Notes under the pieces: generated by a model
Database searches by the model: none
What the model was told of the DNA's origin: nothing
The model's input: the letters and a program-made list of their open reading frames with translations, nothing else
Source of the DNA: Candidatus Geocrenenecus dongiae
GTDB lineage: Archaea > Thermoproteota > Nitrososphaeria_A > Caldarchaeales > Wolframiiraptoraceae
Assembly: GCA_023267855.1 (NCBI GenBank)
Contig: JALNLN010000001.1
Coordinates: 23,620 to 87,619 of the forward strand
Length of the DNA stretch: 64,000 nucleotides
Reading direction: 5' to 3'
Position numbers and translations under genes: made by a program
Shown here: in pieces, positions 37,755-47,481 of the stretch
How the letters are laid out: the number at the start of each line of letters is the position of its first letter
Position numbering within the stretch: the first letter of the stretch is position 1

Positions 37755-39044
37755 ATGGTGAGAGTTTACGTTGAGCCTTCAAGATTTAGTGGTTTTGTAG
37801 AAGCTGTACCTAGTAAGAGCTATACTCATAGAGTTTACTCTACTTCCCTCCTCGTTAATGGTAGGAGTGTAGCTTTGAACCCACTATTCTCAAGTGATAC
37901 TGAAGCTACATTAAATGCTTGTAGAATGTTTGGAGCAGAAACAATTCTGAGTAAGGGAAAGGTGGAGTTGTCATGTAGGAGGTTGAAGCTTCCAGATGAT
38001 GTAGTGAATGCTCAGAATTCTGGAACAACCCTCCGATTCTTTACAGCACTGTCTTCTCTCGCACCTCCTGGCTACGTCGTGTTAACTGGAGATGAAAGTC
38101 TGAGAAAAAGACCTATGCAGCCACTCATAGATGCGTTGAAAATGCTTGGAGTAGAATGTTGGTCAACACGTGGAAATGGTTTAGCACCGATAGTAGTCAA
38201 GTCAGGTGGGCTTAGAGGTGGAGAAGTAGAGATAAGAGGAGACGTGTCTTCTCAATTCATTTCTGCTCTCTTGATATCTTCTGTGAAAGCTGAGAAAGAT
38301 GTAGATATAATAGTTAGAGAAGAACAAGTCTCGAAACAATACATAGATGCAACTATTAAAGTCTTAGAGAATTTTGGTTTTAAGATCTATAGGGAAGGCT
38401 ACAGCTACTATCATGTAAGAGGGGGGCAGGAGGGACGACCCTCAGTATTCAGGGTGCCTGGAGATTTTAGTTCAGCTTCATTTCTAATAGCTGGAGCATA
38501 CCTGACTGGTGGAGAGGTGGAGATAAGCAATCTTGACACAACTTTACCTCAATCTGATTCCAAGATAATAGATATTGCTAAAGATTTCGGATGCCGTGTA
38601 GAGTTTAGAAGTGGGGACACTATTTACGTGAAGTGTTCAGGCATTGGGGAGGGAGGAGAATATGTTCTTACAGATTCTCCAGACCTACTGCCAGTAGTAG
38701 CAGTTATGGCCGTAAAAACTGTTGGAGAAACGATAATCAGAGGTGTAGAACATGCTAAATTTAAGGAAAGTGATAGAATAAATTCTACGGCTATAGAGTT
38801 GAAGAAACTTGGAGTAGATGTTGAAGTTCTTAAAGATGGTTTAAAGATTAAAGGTAGAGAAGAAGTTGAAGGTGGGGTTGAGCTTTCATCTCATAGCGAT
38901 CATAGACTCTTCATGGCGTTCACAGTTCTAGCTTCAGCAACGAAGAAAGGATGTATAGTAGATGGATTAGAATGGGTTAAAGTTTCATACCCAGAATTCA
39001 TAAACCACCTCAAGAAGCTAAATGTATCTATTAGAGAAATCTAG
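37755..39044 (+). CDS. aroA: 3-phosphoshikimate 1-carboxyvinyltransferase (EPSP synthase)
   Basis: PSKSYTHRV matches the (L)PGSKS.T.R motif, and its 429 aa shows the two-domain EPSPS pattern. Confidence 0.85.
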   Translation: MVRVYVEPSRFSGFVEAVPSKSYTHRVYSTSLLVNGRSVALNPLFSSDTEATLNACRMFGAETILSKGKVELSCRRLKLPDDVVNAQNSGTTLRFFTALSSLAPPGYVVLTGDESLRKRPMQPLIDALKMLGVECWSTRGNGLAPIVVKSGGLRGGEVEIRGDVSSQFISALLISSVKAEKDVDIIVREEQVSKQYIDATIKVLENFGFKIYREGYSYYHVRGGQEGRPSVFRVPGDFSSASFLIAGAYLTGGEVEISNLDTTLPQSDSKIIDIAKDFGCRVEFRSGDTIYVKCSGIGEGGEYVLTDSPDLLPVVAVMAVKTVGETIIRGVEHAKFKESDRINSTAIELKKLGVDVEVLKDGLKIKGREEVEGGVELSSHSDHRLFMAFTVLASATKKGCIVDGLEWVKVSYPEFINHLKKLNVSIREI

Positions 39045-39080
39045 ATAAACTTCTCGTAAACATTTATTTGTCAGAGAGCT

Positions 39081-40190
39081 TTGGCTGGAAACATTCTGGG
39101 GAAATCATTCGTCGTAGTCAGTTTTGGAGAAAGCCATGGTAAATGTATAGGAACAGTTATTGATGGATGTCCAGCTGGATTGAAGATATCTGAAGAAGAT
39201 GTTCAAAGAGAACTTGATTTAAGAAAACCTAGATCTCTACAGATACATACTCAGAGAACTGAAGAAGATAAGGTCGAGATACTTTCAGGAATCTTTAATG
39301 GATATACTACGGGTGCACCGATATGTATGATTGTCTGGAATCGTGATGTAAGGAGCATGGATTATGAAGTAGTGCGTTATCTTCCAAGACCAAGCCATGC
39401 AGACTATTTTGCATACATCAAGTACGGGGGATTCAACGATTATAGAGGTGGTGGACGCTTCTCTGGGAGAATAACTGCGGGATTCGTTATGGCTGGAGCT
39501 GTAGCTAAGAAGTTGCTGAGAGAAGTTCTTAACATAGAAGTGGTTGCATATTCTCTAGAGATAGGTGGTGTTAGAGCAGAGAACTTTACCTTAGAAGATG
39601 CAGTGAAGTACAGGTATGAGAATGATGTTAGAGCACCTGACAAGAGTTCTGCGGAAAAGATGATGGAGAAGATTATTGAAGCGAGGTCAAGAGGTGACAG
39701 CGTTGGAGGTATTATTGAATGTGTGGTTACAGGTTTACCGATAGGCTTAGGAGAACCAGTCTTCGATTCACTAGACTCTGATCTAGCTAAAGCATTATTC
39801 TCTATACCGGCGGTTAAAGGTGTTGAGTTTGGAGCAGGATTTAAGATAGCTAGAATGCTGGGATCTCAAAGCAACGACCCATTCACTATAAGAGATAATA
39901 AAATAGTTGTTGAAAAGAATGATTCAGGTGGAATTGTAGGCGGGATCTCGACAAGCGCACCTCTAGTATTTAGGGTAGCTTTCAAGCCACCTGCATCTAT
40001 AAGCATACCGCAGAAGACTGTAGATATAAGAGAGATGAAGGAGAAGGAACTAGTGATAACTGGGAGACATGATCCATGTATCGTTCCCAGAGCTGTACCT
40101 GTAGTTGAAGCTGTTACAGCAATAGTGCTCGTAGACCACGCAATTAGATCTGGACTCATACCGCCAGTCTTGGAGAAACGAGATGTCTAG
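39081..40190 (+). CDS. aroC: Chorismate synthase
   Basis: The N-terminus has FGESHG and is followed by GRSSARETA-like regions (RPSHADY, GGGRFSGR). The start codon is uncertain and may be an upstream or near-cognate start. Confidence 0.85.
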   Translation: MAGNILGKSFVVVSFGESHGKCIGTVIDGCPAGLKISEEDVQRELDLRKPRSLQIHTQRTEEDKVEILSGIFNGYTTGAPICMIVWNRDVRSMDYEVVRYLPRPSHADYFAYIKYGGFNDYRGGGRFSGRITAGFVMAGAVAKKLLREVLNIEVVAYSLEIGGVRAENFTLEDAVKYRYENDVRAPDKSSAEKMMEKIIEARSRGDSVGGIIECVVTGLPIGLGEPVFDSLDSDLAKALFSIPAVKGVEFGAGFKIARMLGSQSNDPFTIRDNKIVVEKNDSGGIVGGISTSAPLVFRVAFKPPASISIPQKTVDIREMKEKELVITGRHDPCIVPRAVPVVEAVTAIVLVDHAIRSGLIPPVLEKRDV

Positions 40191-40845
40191 AAAAGAGAGT
40201 TTAAAAATTAAGGCCGGAGAAAGATCTAGAGATATTGGGGGATGGCTTTCTGTCGGTGTAGATCTAGCTGGCTCTAGGAAAAACTGGACAGGATTATGTA
40301 AAATGAATGCAAACCTGTTTTGTGAAACAAGTAAAGTTAAGATGGAGGAGGAGATAATCCAATACATCTTAGATGCAGATCCAGAGGTAGTTGCAGTAGA
40401 TGCACCACTCTGCATGCCTCCCCCAAACACTCATCTACGTAAATGTGATAGATGCTTAGTAGAGATGGGTATACATGTTTTACCACCAACACTTTTAGGA
40501 ATGAAGATGTTGACAAAGAGGGCCATGAATCTTAAAGAGAAATTATTGGAGGTGGGGTATCGGGTAATAGAAGTCTATCCAACAGGCTCGCTTAAGATTC
40601 TAGGTCTCCCTGAGAGAAAATTCGGTGTAGAAGATTTGAAGAAGAAACTTTTAGAAATTGGTGTTAGAGGTTTGAAGCGAGAGGGATTAGAAAGCGTACA
40701 TGAAATCGATGCTGTACTCTGCGCATTAACGGGTATAGCTTATCTTACAGGCAAATACATAGAGATTGGATCTCCAGAGGAATGTACACTCATACTCCCC
40801 TCTCCAGACTTCCTATCTTACATAACTAGATCCCTCAAAACTTAA
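40183..40845 (+). CDS. DUF429-like protein (predicted RNase H-fold)
   Basis: GVDLAG...W first-strand motif and VVAVDAPL pattern are typical of DUF429. It overlaps the aroC stop by 8 nt. Confidence 0.45.
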   Translation: MSRKESLKIKAGERSRDIGGWLSVGVDLAGSRKNWTGLCKMNANLFCETSKVKMEEEIIQYILDADPEVVAVDAPLCMPPPNTHLRKCDRCLVEMGIHVLPPTLLGMKMLTKRAMNLKEKLLEVGYRVIEVYPTGSLKILGLPERKFGVEDLKKKLLEIGVRGLKREGLESVHEIDAVLCALTGIAYLTGKYIEIGSPEECTLILPSPDFLSYITRSLKT

Positions 40846-40981
40846 AACATAACTCAATAACCAGCCTCAAAAATTTCTAACTCTGAAGAAGATCATCAAA
40901 TTAGAAATTTGTTTAGGAAAACATTCCCCTATTAGAGACTATGTTTTTAAGCGACTGATACTAGTAAATGTTTGAAGATTT

Positions 40982-41719
40982 ATGGTTGAGAGAGTTGTAA
41001 CTGGAATACCTGGACTCGATGAGATACTTGGTGGTGGGATTCCAAAGAGAAATGTTGTTCTACTTTCTGGAGGGCCGGGTACTGGTAAATCTATCTTCGG
41101 TCAACAGTATCTCTATAATGGTTTAATGAGAGGTGAGCCCGGTTTACTTGTAGTATTAGAAGAACATCCAGTCCAGGTAAGGATATCTATGTCTCAGTTC
41201 GGCTGGGATGTTAGACCATATGAAGAAAAAGGATCATTTGCTGTCGTAGATGCATTTACTGCAGGTATAGGTGAAGCGGCAAAGAGAGAGAAGTATGTTG
41301 TACGTGATCCAAGCGATTTCCAACTACTGTTAGATGTTTTAAGAGATGCTATAAGAGATGTAAATGCTGAGAGAGCTGTAATAGACTCGGTCTCTACACT
41401 ATACATAACGAAGCCAGCATTAGCTAGAAGCATGGTACTCCAATTAAAGAAGATACTTTCCGGAATGGGCTGTACATCAATCCTCGTTTCACAAGTAAGT
41501 GTAACGGAACGGGGGTTCGGAGGACCTGGAGTAGAGCATGCTGCAGACGGGATTATACGTCTAGATCTAGATGAAGTTAATGGAGAATTGAAGAGAAGTA
41601 TTATAGTTTGGAAGATGCGTGGAACGGCTCACTCTATGAGGAGACACCCATTCATAATAACGAACAAAGGCATAGAGATAAAAGCATCAGAAGTGGTCAG
41701 ATTAATAGAAAGAGATTAA
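40982..41719 (+). CDS. KaiC-like single-domain RecA-superfamily ATPase
   Basis: It has [32 protein letters not shown] (Walker A) and Walker B VIDSVS, at 245 aa. Confidence 0.75.
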   Translation: MVERVVTGIPGLDEILGGGIPKRNVVLLSGGPGTGKSIFGQQYLYNGLMRGEPGLLVVLEEHPVQVRISMSQFGWDVRPYEEKGSFAVVDAFTAGIGEAAKREKYVVRDPSDFQLLLDVLRDAIRDVNAERAVIDSVSTLYITKPALARSMVLQLKKILSGMGCTSILVSQVSVTERGFGGPGVEHAADGIIRLDLDEVNGELKRSIIVWKMRGTAHSMRRHPFIITNKGIEIKASEVVRLIERD

Positions 41720-41790
41720 ACATGAAAACCGATCTCCAAGATACATACTCCGAGAAATATTTTTAACGTTCTCTCTCTTAAGATATTACT

Positions 41791-42345
41791 ATGAAACTTC
41801 CACCAAACCAGAAGATTGCTAAGAAATGGAATGTTTATGCTGTTCTAGGCTACCCTGAGATCAGTATAGATAAATGGAGAATACATATTTCAGGTTTAGT
41901 TAAGAAGACTCTCGAATTAAGTCTAGATGAACTATACTCTATGAAGATGATGAGAATTGAAGGTGGATTCCACTGTGTTGAAGGTTGGAGTATAGTTGAC
42001 GTTGTATGGGAAGGTGTGAAGATTAGAGATTTAGCGGAAAGAGCAGGATATGATGAGAAGTCTATGTGGGTTCTCTTTAAAGGTTTAGATGGATATTCTG
42101 CACCAGCTCCAGTAGATTATGTTCTAGAAGAAGATTCTATAATAGCTTTAAAGATGAATGGTAAACCAATACCATATGAACATGGTTATCCAGCTAGACC
42201 TATTATCCCGAAATTATATGCTTGGAAGAGTGTTAAGTGGCTTAAAGAGATAGAATTTAGAGAAGACTATGTAGATGGTTACTGGGAGGAACGTGGATAT
42301 CATCAAAGAGGAGATGTATGGTTAGAGGAAAGAAGGAGGAAATAA
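41791..42345 (+). CDS. Molybdopterin-binding oxidoreductase domain protein (sulfite oxidase-like, YedY/MsrP family)
   Basis: FHCVEGWS and the surrounding pattern are typical of the Oxidored_molyb domain. It is a single domain of 184 aa. Confidence 0.7.
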   Translation: MKLPPNQKIAKKWNVYAVLGYPEISIDKWRIHISGLVKKTLELSLDELYSMKMMRIEGGFHCVEGWSIVDVVWEGVKIRDLAERAGYDEKSMWVLFKGLDGYSAPAPVDYVLEEDSIIALKMNGKPIPYEHGYPARPIIPKLYAWKSVKWLKEIEFREDYVDGYWEERGYHQRGDVWLEERRRK

Positions 42346-42386
42346 ACATCCTTAAATCTTATCTATAATTTAGACATAGTATTTAC

Positions 42387-42959
42387 GTGATGTCGAAGAA
42401 TAGGATACGTAAGATTAAACCGAGAGTATGTTTCATGGATTTAGAAGCTACAGCTCTAGATGGAGACGTAGGAATACTGGTTGGAGCAGGATTCATGGAC
42501 GAAGATGGGAAATTCAAGTGGTTTTATGTTGAAAATCCAAGTGAAGAAAAAGAAGTAATTAAAACAATACTAGACTATGTCTCCAGATACCACATAGTCG
42601 TAACATGGAATGGGAGTAGATTCGACATACCGTTCTTAACGGCTAGAGCATTAAAACATAAACTCAAAGTAGAGTTAATCTATAAACCAACACACTTAGA
42701 CTTAGCAGAATTCACTAGAAATAACGTGAAACTATCTTTTACAACACTTTACCACGTAGCCAGATTTCTGGGAATCCAGAAAGACTTATCAACCGAAGGA
42801 ATAGATGTACCATCACTATACTTAAAAGCAGTGAATGGGGATAGACATGCAGCTTCAATCATAAAGAAGCACTGTAGAGATGATTTAGAAGTTTTGAGGA
42901 AGGTGTACTTAAGAATCTTCCCAATACTTAGAGAGCTTAGATCAGATTTAGTGCTTTAA
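42387..42959 (+). CDS. RNase H-like 3'-5' exonuclease domain protein (YprB/DnaQ-like)
   Basis: CFMDLEAT (the Exo I DxE motif) and a later WNGSRFDIPFL motif give a DEDD exonuclease pattern. Confidence 0.5.
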   Translation: MMSKNRIRKIKPRVCFMDLEATALDGDVGILVGAGFMDEDGKFKWFYVENPSEEKEVIKTILDYVSRYHIVVTWNGSRFDIPFLTARALKHKLKVELIYKPTHLDLAEFTRNNVKLSFTTLYHVARFLGIQKDLSTEGIDVPSLYLKAVNGDRHAASIIKKHCRDDLEVLRKVYLRIFPILRELRSDLVL

Positions 42960-42995
42960 CAGGGAAGTGTTCTAATAAACGTTCTAAGATAAACA

Positions 42996-44408
42996 TTATT
43001 TAACTTGGATTATCTTTACTAGGTGTAGTGGTTCATCCTTCAAACCATATGTTAATACGACGACATCACCTATTTTCAGTTCCCCACGATCCTTAAGTTT
43101 ATTGAATGCTTCTTCCAAGCCTTCAAGATAATCTTCTGAATCAACTTTCACAGTGATGACCCCCCAGAGTATAGATATCTTCCGAAGAGTCTTCTCGTAA
43201 CCAGAAGCTACGTAAACTTTTACGTTAGGTCTATTTCTAGAGATTCTTAAAGCTCCTCTCCCACTCTTAGTGTATATTATTATTGAGGCACCTAGAGATT
43301 CTGCGAGCATTGTTATTCCTTCTGCAAACCTATCTCTAATATCTACATTACTCGGCAATTTTATTCTTCTAGGTTTAATAATTGGTTCATATGTTTCTAT
43401 GACTCTTTTCAACCATTCTACAGCTTCTATGGGATGTTTCCCTACTGCTGTTTCTCCAGTCAACATAAGCATGTCGACGCCATCTTTGACAGCTGTTAAG
43501 ATATCTACTATCTCACTTCTAGTTGGAACAGTGTTTTCCATCATTGAGGCTAGGAGTTGAGTTGCAACTATGATGGGTTTACCTTTAGCTAAAGCTATCT
43601 CAGTTATTTGTTCTTGGAGACGTGGAACTTGCTCTAAGCCGAAATGCATTCCAAGATCTCCTCTAGCAACTAGTAGAGCATCAGATGATTCCGATATATC
43701 TGAGAGGTTGTTTATCGCCTGCACGGTCTCTATTTTACTTATAACTCCAATTTCTCTTCCACCGATAGATGCAAGTGTAGATTTCAGTAACTCAACATCA
43801 CCAATATTCCTAACGTAACTTAAGCCGATGTAATCAAAATCGTTTTTCACAGAGAATCTTAATGCTTCAATATCTCTTTTAGAGAATGTTGGAAGACCTA
43901 TATCCTTACCCTTTATCACAACCGCTTTCCTAGAACTTATTTCAGCATTAGTCAAAGCTTTAACAACAATTTCACGATCTCCTACATCTCTAACCATCAT
44001 CTGTATTTTCCCATCATCCATAATCAATACATCGCCTACCTTAACATTCTTAAAAAATAGACTTAGAGGCATGGGGATGATCCTATCTTCAACATCTCCA
44101 ACCTTCTCAGCGTAAATTATTTTTGCTTCTTCATCTCTATTCAATACAATCTTTCCAGGAATCTCCCCAATCCTAATAGATGGACCTGGAAGATCTCCTA
44201 TCAAAGCAACATGACTATCTAGACTAGTTGAAGCATCTTTCACGAGATCAACATACTTCTTCCATTCTTCAGCATCACCATGGCTAAAGTTTATTCTAAA
44301 TGCAAAAACACCGAGTTTTATAAATTCTTTAATTTTTTCTAAATCAGATGATGAGGGGCCGATTGTTACAGCAATCTTTACCCTTAACATATCTTTCAAA
44401 ACTATCAT
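42996..44408 (-). CDS. pyk: Pyruvate kinase
   Basis: It has KIAVTIGPSS, NFSHG and MVARGDLG, and the 470 aa length fits. Confidence 0.85.
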   Translation of the reverse strand: MIVLKDMLRVKIAVTIGPSSSDLEKIKEFIKLGVFAFRINFSHGDAEEWKKYVDLVKDASTSLDSHVALIGDLPGPSIRIGEIPGKIVLNRDEEAKIIYAEKVGDVEDRIIPMPLSLFFKNVKVGDVLIMDDGKIQMMVRDVGDREIVVKALTNAEISSRKAVVIKGKDIGLPTFSKRDIEALRFSVKNDFDYIGLSYVRNIGDVELLKSTLASIGGREIGVISKIETVQAINNLSDISESSDALLVARGDLGMHFGLEQVPRLQEQITEIALAKGKPIIVATQLLASMMENTVPTRSEIVDILTAVKDGVDMLMLTGETAVGKHPIEAVEWLKRVIETYEPIIKPRRIKLPSNVDIRDRFAEGITMLAESLGASIIIYTKSGRGALRISRNRPNVKVYVASGYEKTLRKISILWGVITVKVDSEDYLEGLEEAFNKLKDRGELKIGDVVVLTYGLKDEPLHLVKIIQVK

Positions 44409-44514
44409 GTCACAGTAAATTAAAGATTTTACCTGATAGCGTTAGTTCGCTGATTCTAAAAATTTTGATGAATCGAGGATTATGTTGTGTAGTTGGTTTT
44501 AGGTTTTTGATTGT

Positions 44515-44985
44515 TTACTCTGTTTCAAGTATTTCTTTTAGAGATGCTGGTGTAAATCCGTAGAGTCCGTCTTCCTTCTTTATGACTAGTCCTTGTTTTC
44601 TAAGATCGCTTAACCTAGCTCTAGTTATCTTCTCATCTATGCCTGTGCAGTTTGATATTTCTTTAGGTGTTAGGAAGTCTTTTTCTAGTAAGCCGAGCGT
44701 TTTCCCAATATATGCTCCTGCGAGACATAGGAGTATCTTCTTCTTCGCATCTCCAGAAGATACTATATTTATTCTGCCTTCTCTTATCTCAATCTTTCCA
44801 GCAAGCTTTTCCGCTAATTCTTTAATATCTACTGCTCCTGTTAGTTTCTTAACTATCTTGAATGTTGGATATAGTTCTGAGAAGTATTTGTTTACACTCA
44901 TCCATACTTCTTCATAGCTTCCTTCGAATTCTATTGTTTTTCCATCGTTTATTATCGTTACCTTGATCTTCTCTGAGCTCAACAC
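44515..44985 (-). CDS. Hypothetical protein with a C-terminal winged helix-turn-helix (downstream member of a paralogous pair)
   Basis: The C-terminal segment LTPKEISNCTGIDEKITRARLSDLRKQGLVIKKEDGLYGFT looks like a wHTH. Its start ATG shares one nucleotide with the stop of the upstream paralog. Confidence 0.45.
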   Translation of the reverse strand: MLSSEKIKVTIINDGKTIEFEGSYEEVWMSVNKYFSELYPTFKIVKKLTGAVDIKELAEKLAGKIEIREGRINIVSSGDAKKKILLCLAGAYIGKTLGLLEKDFLTPKEISNCTGIDEKITRARLSDLRKQGLVIKKEDGLYGFTPASLKEILETE

Positions 44986-45458
44986 TACTCCTCCCTGAAT
45001 CCTGACTCTACATACTTTATTCCTTTCTCAAGAATTCTGAACGTCTTCTTACCATTTGTTTTTCCAGATTCTTCTATGTAGCCTTCTTGTATTAAGTCTG
45101 AGACAGCTTGCCTCGGGTTTGCTGATCTAGGCCAACGTCTTTGTTCATAGTATGTTTCAAGATCATCATAAGTAAAGTCTCTACCTTCATACTTATAGAG
45201 ATAGTATGCTATTGTCAGTATTCTCTGAAGATGGGTTTGAGGATTCAAGTTCGATGAAAATTCTGTGAAAGAAACTTCTTTGCTTACTGGAATATACTTG
45301 TGTTGCACAGCTTGTGGTAGGCTACCGATCTTCTGGAGTATAGCGTCTATCCAATCTAAATTCGATAACTTGGATTCAATGAATTCTTTATCTCCTTCTA
45401 GATCTATCTCAACACCTTTCATATTTATCCTAAGCTTGTATGTAGGCTGTGCGTTCAT
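44985..45458 (-). CDS. Hypothetical protein with a C-terminal winged helix-turn-helix (upstream member of a paralogous pair)
   Basis: It has the same architecture as its neighbour, with the C-terminal segment NPRQAVSDLIQEGYIEESGKTNGKKTFRILEKG. Confidence 0.45.
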   Translation of the reverse strand: MNAQPTYKLRINMKGVEIDLEGDKEFIESKLSNLDWIDAILQKIGSLPQAVQHKYIPVSKEVSFTEFSSNLNPQTHLQRILTIAYYLYKYEGRDFTYDDLETYYEQRRWPRSANPRQAVSDLIQEGYIEESGKTNGKKTFRILEKGIKYVESGFREE

Positions 45459-45571
45459 ATCGTCAATAAGATTACTAGATGGAAGTTATAAGCCTTATAG
45501 AGATACGTAAAAGTGGAATTTATGGAAGAGTAATTTTTTAGAGCACTATGATAGCACATTCAGATCTTTCT

Positions 45572-47479
45572 TTAGTTTCTATCTTTTTGGCCATAGATTT
45601 TTTCGGAGACAAGCTTGTATAAAACCGCTCCATCGACTTTACCTCTATAATTTTTCATTAAGTGACCCATTATTATGGAAATAGCTTTACCAGGATTTTT
45701 AGAAACCATCTCCCTATTCTCATTTACGAGTTTTGCAATCTCATTTTCTATTTCAGTGAGACTTGGAGCTAGAAGACCAAGAGCATTAATAGCATCTTCA
45801 ACAGTCTTATCTGGATTTCTGGAGAGCCATCTAAAAACTTCTATCGCAGCTTCTTTCGCAATCTTTCCTGAAGCTACTTGATGGAAGAATTCTACAAAAT
45901 GTTCTTCTCTAAGATTTTCTACTTTCTCTCCCTCCCTCTTTAAACTTTTTAGATGTTCTGTTAGTGCTGAAGCGACTACAGATGGTTGTAGAAATGTTTC
46001 TTTAACGATCTTCTCGAAGAGTTCAACTTTCTCAGAATCTATAAGCTCGTCTACTATCTGTTTACTTAAACCATATTTCTCTGAAAGAATACTGGCTACC
46101 TCATCTAGAGTTTTTGGAAGTTTCTTCTTTAATTCTTCTATATACTCTGATGGTATTGGGTATGGTGGTAGATCTGTTTCAGGATACATTCTAGCAGCAC
46201 CTGGTCTTGGACGCATATACACAGTTGTACCATCAGGTCTAGCTGCACGTGTTTCAGAAGGAACACCACGTAAAGCTTCTACGGCCCTAATCTTCACATA
46301 TTCTAATCCTTCTCTAGCCCTTTCATACTCATCTACGATTAAGACTACGGCATCTTCTTCTACTGCATCTATTTTCTCTCTAAGTTTATAGACTTCTTCA
46401 CTAGTTATCCCATAGTTTGGAAGCTCGTCTGTATGTAGTATTCCTTCTACTTCAGCCCATGCCTTGGCCCATCCAGCTAATTCAGCTCCAAGCCTAATAC
46501 CTGGAGCTGCTTCTAAACCAATTAAACCAGAAAATCTTGGTAGTTTTAAAGCTAAGACTCTGGCACCTTCATCCAGCTTCTTCTTAATAATCTTAGATTT
46601 CGTGTTTGAGAAGACTTCTGTTACATCTACTATTGGTTGAGAAATTATTTCATCTTCCGTTACATTACGTTTCTTTAACTCATCTCTTATCTTAAGTAAA
46701 TGTAGCTGTCTAATGACTTCAAGTTCTATGACCTTCGGTATTAGTTCAAGTTCTTGGACACCTTTAATCTCTATTAATGCTCCTCCCTCAACCGAGATGT
46801 TTAGATCTTGTCTAACTGTTCCTATACCTCTCTTAACCTTCCCAGTCGCTCTTAGAAGTCTACCGATTTTGTATGCGGCTTCGTAAGCTTCTCTCGGAGA
46901 ATCTATTACTGGTGTTGTTGAGATCTCTATCAAGGGTACGCCGAGTCTCCTCAGATCGTAGTGTACCTCACCTCTCCTCTGTTCAAGTATCCTCGCTGCA
47001 TCTTCTTCTAAGCAGATTGTCTGTATACCTATCTTCTTGCCACTTACTTCTATCCAGCCACCTCTAGCGATTATACATGTTCTCTGGAACCCAGTTGTAT
47101 TCGATCCATCTATAACTATCTTCCTCATAACGTGGATCTCATCTACAGGCGTACTATTGAAGAGAAGAGCTGCTGTTAATGCTATTTCCACTGCTTCTCT
47201 ATTAATATCGTGAGGAGGTTCTTCATCCATCTCTACAAGACATGTTGAGTATTTATCAGTATGGTAGACTATCTTTCTCTTCTTCTTTGCTTCAAATTGC
47301 GCTGCCGGATCTACTTCTCCAAGCTCACTTTGAGCTTCTCTCAACCATCTTACGAAAGTAAATTCTTCAGCATCTTCTACAGATTCTGTTGGACAATCAC
47401 AGAATAGCTTGGTCTTTGTATCTAGTTGTCTATGTATTTCTAAGCCTACCTTTAATCCAATTTTCCTATAATCTATCAT
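45572..47479 (-). CDS. gatE: Glutamyl-tRNA(Gln) amidotransferase subunit E (archaeal GatDE)
   Basis: The N-terminus GLKVGLEIHRQL...LFCDCPT matches and the 635 aa length fits. It lies adjacent to gatD. Confidence 0.9.
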   Translation of the reverse strand: MIDYRKIGLKVGLEIHRQLDTKTKLFCDCPTESVEDAEEFTFVRWLREAQSELGEVDPAAQFEAKKKRKIVYHTDKYSTCLVEMDEEPPHDINREAVEIALTAALLFNSTPVDEIHVMRKIVIDGSNTTGFQRTCIIARGGWIEVSGKKIGIQTICLEEDAARILEQRRGEVHYDLRRLGVPLIEISTTPVIDSPREAYEAAYKIGRLLRATGKVKRGIGTVRQDLNISVEGGALIEIKGVQELELIPKVIELEVIRQLHLLKIRDELKKRNVTEDEIISQPIVDVTEVFSNTKSKIIKKKLDEGARVLALKLPRFSGLIGLEAAPGIRLGAELAGWAKAWAEVEGILHTDELPNYGITSEEVYKLREKIDAVEEDAVVLIVDEYERAREGLEYVKIRAVEALRGVPSETRAARPDGTTVYMRPRPGAARMYPETDLPPYPIPSEYIEELKKKLPKTLDEVASILSEKYGLSKQIVDELIDSEKVELFEKIVKETFLQPSVVASALTEHLKSLKREGEKVENLREEHFVEFFHQVASGKIAKEAAIEVFRWLSRNPDKTVEDAINALGLLAPSLTEIENEIAKLVNENREMVSKNPGKAISIIMGHLMKNYRGKVDGAVLYKLVSEKIYGQKDRN

Positions 47480-47481
47480 GT

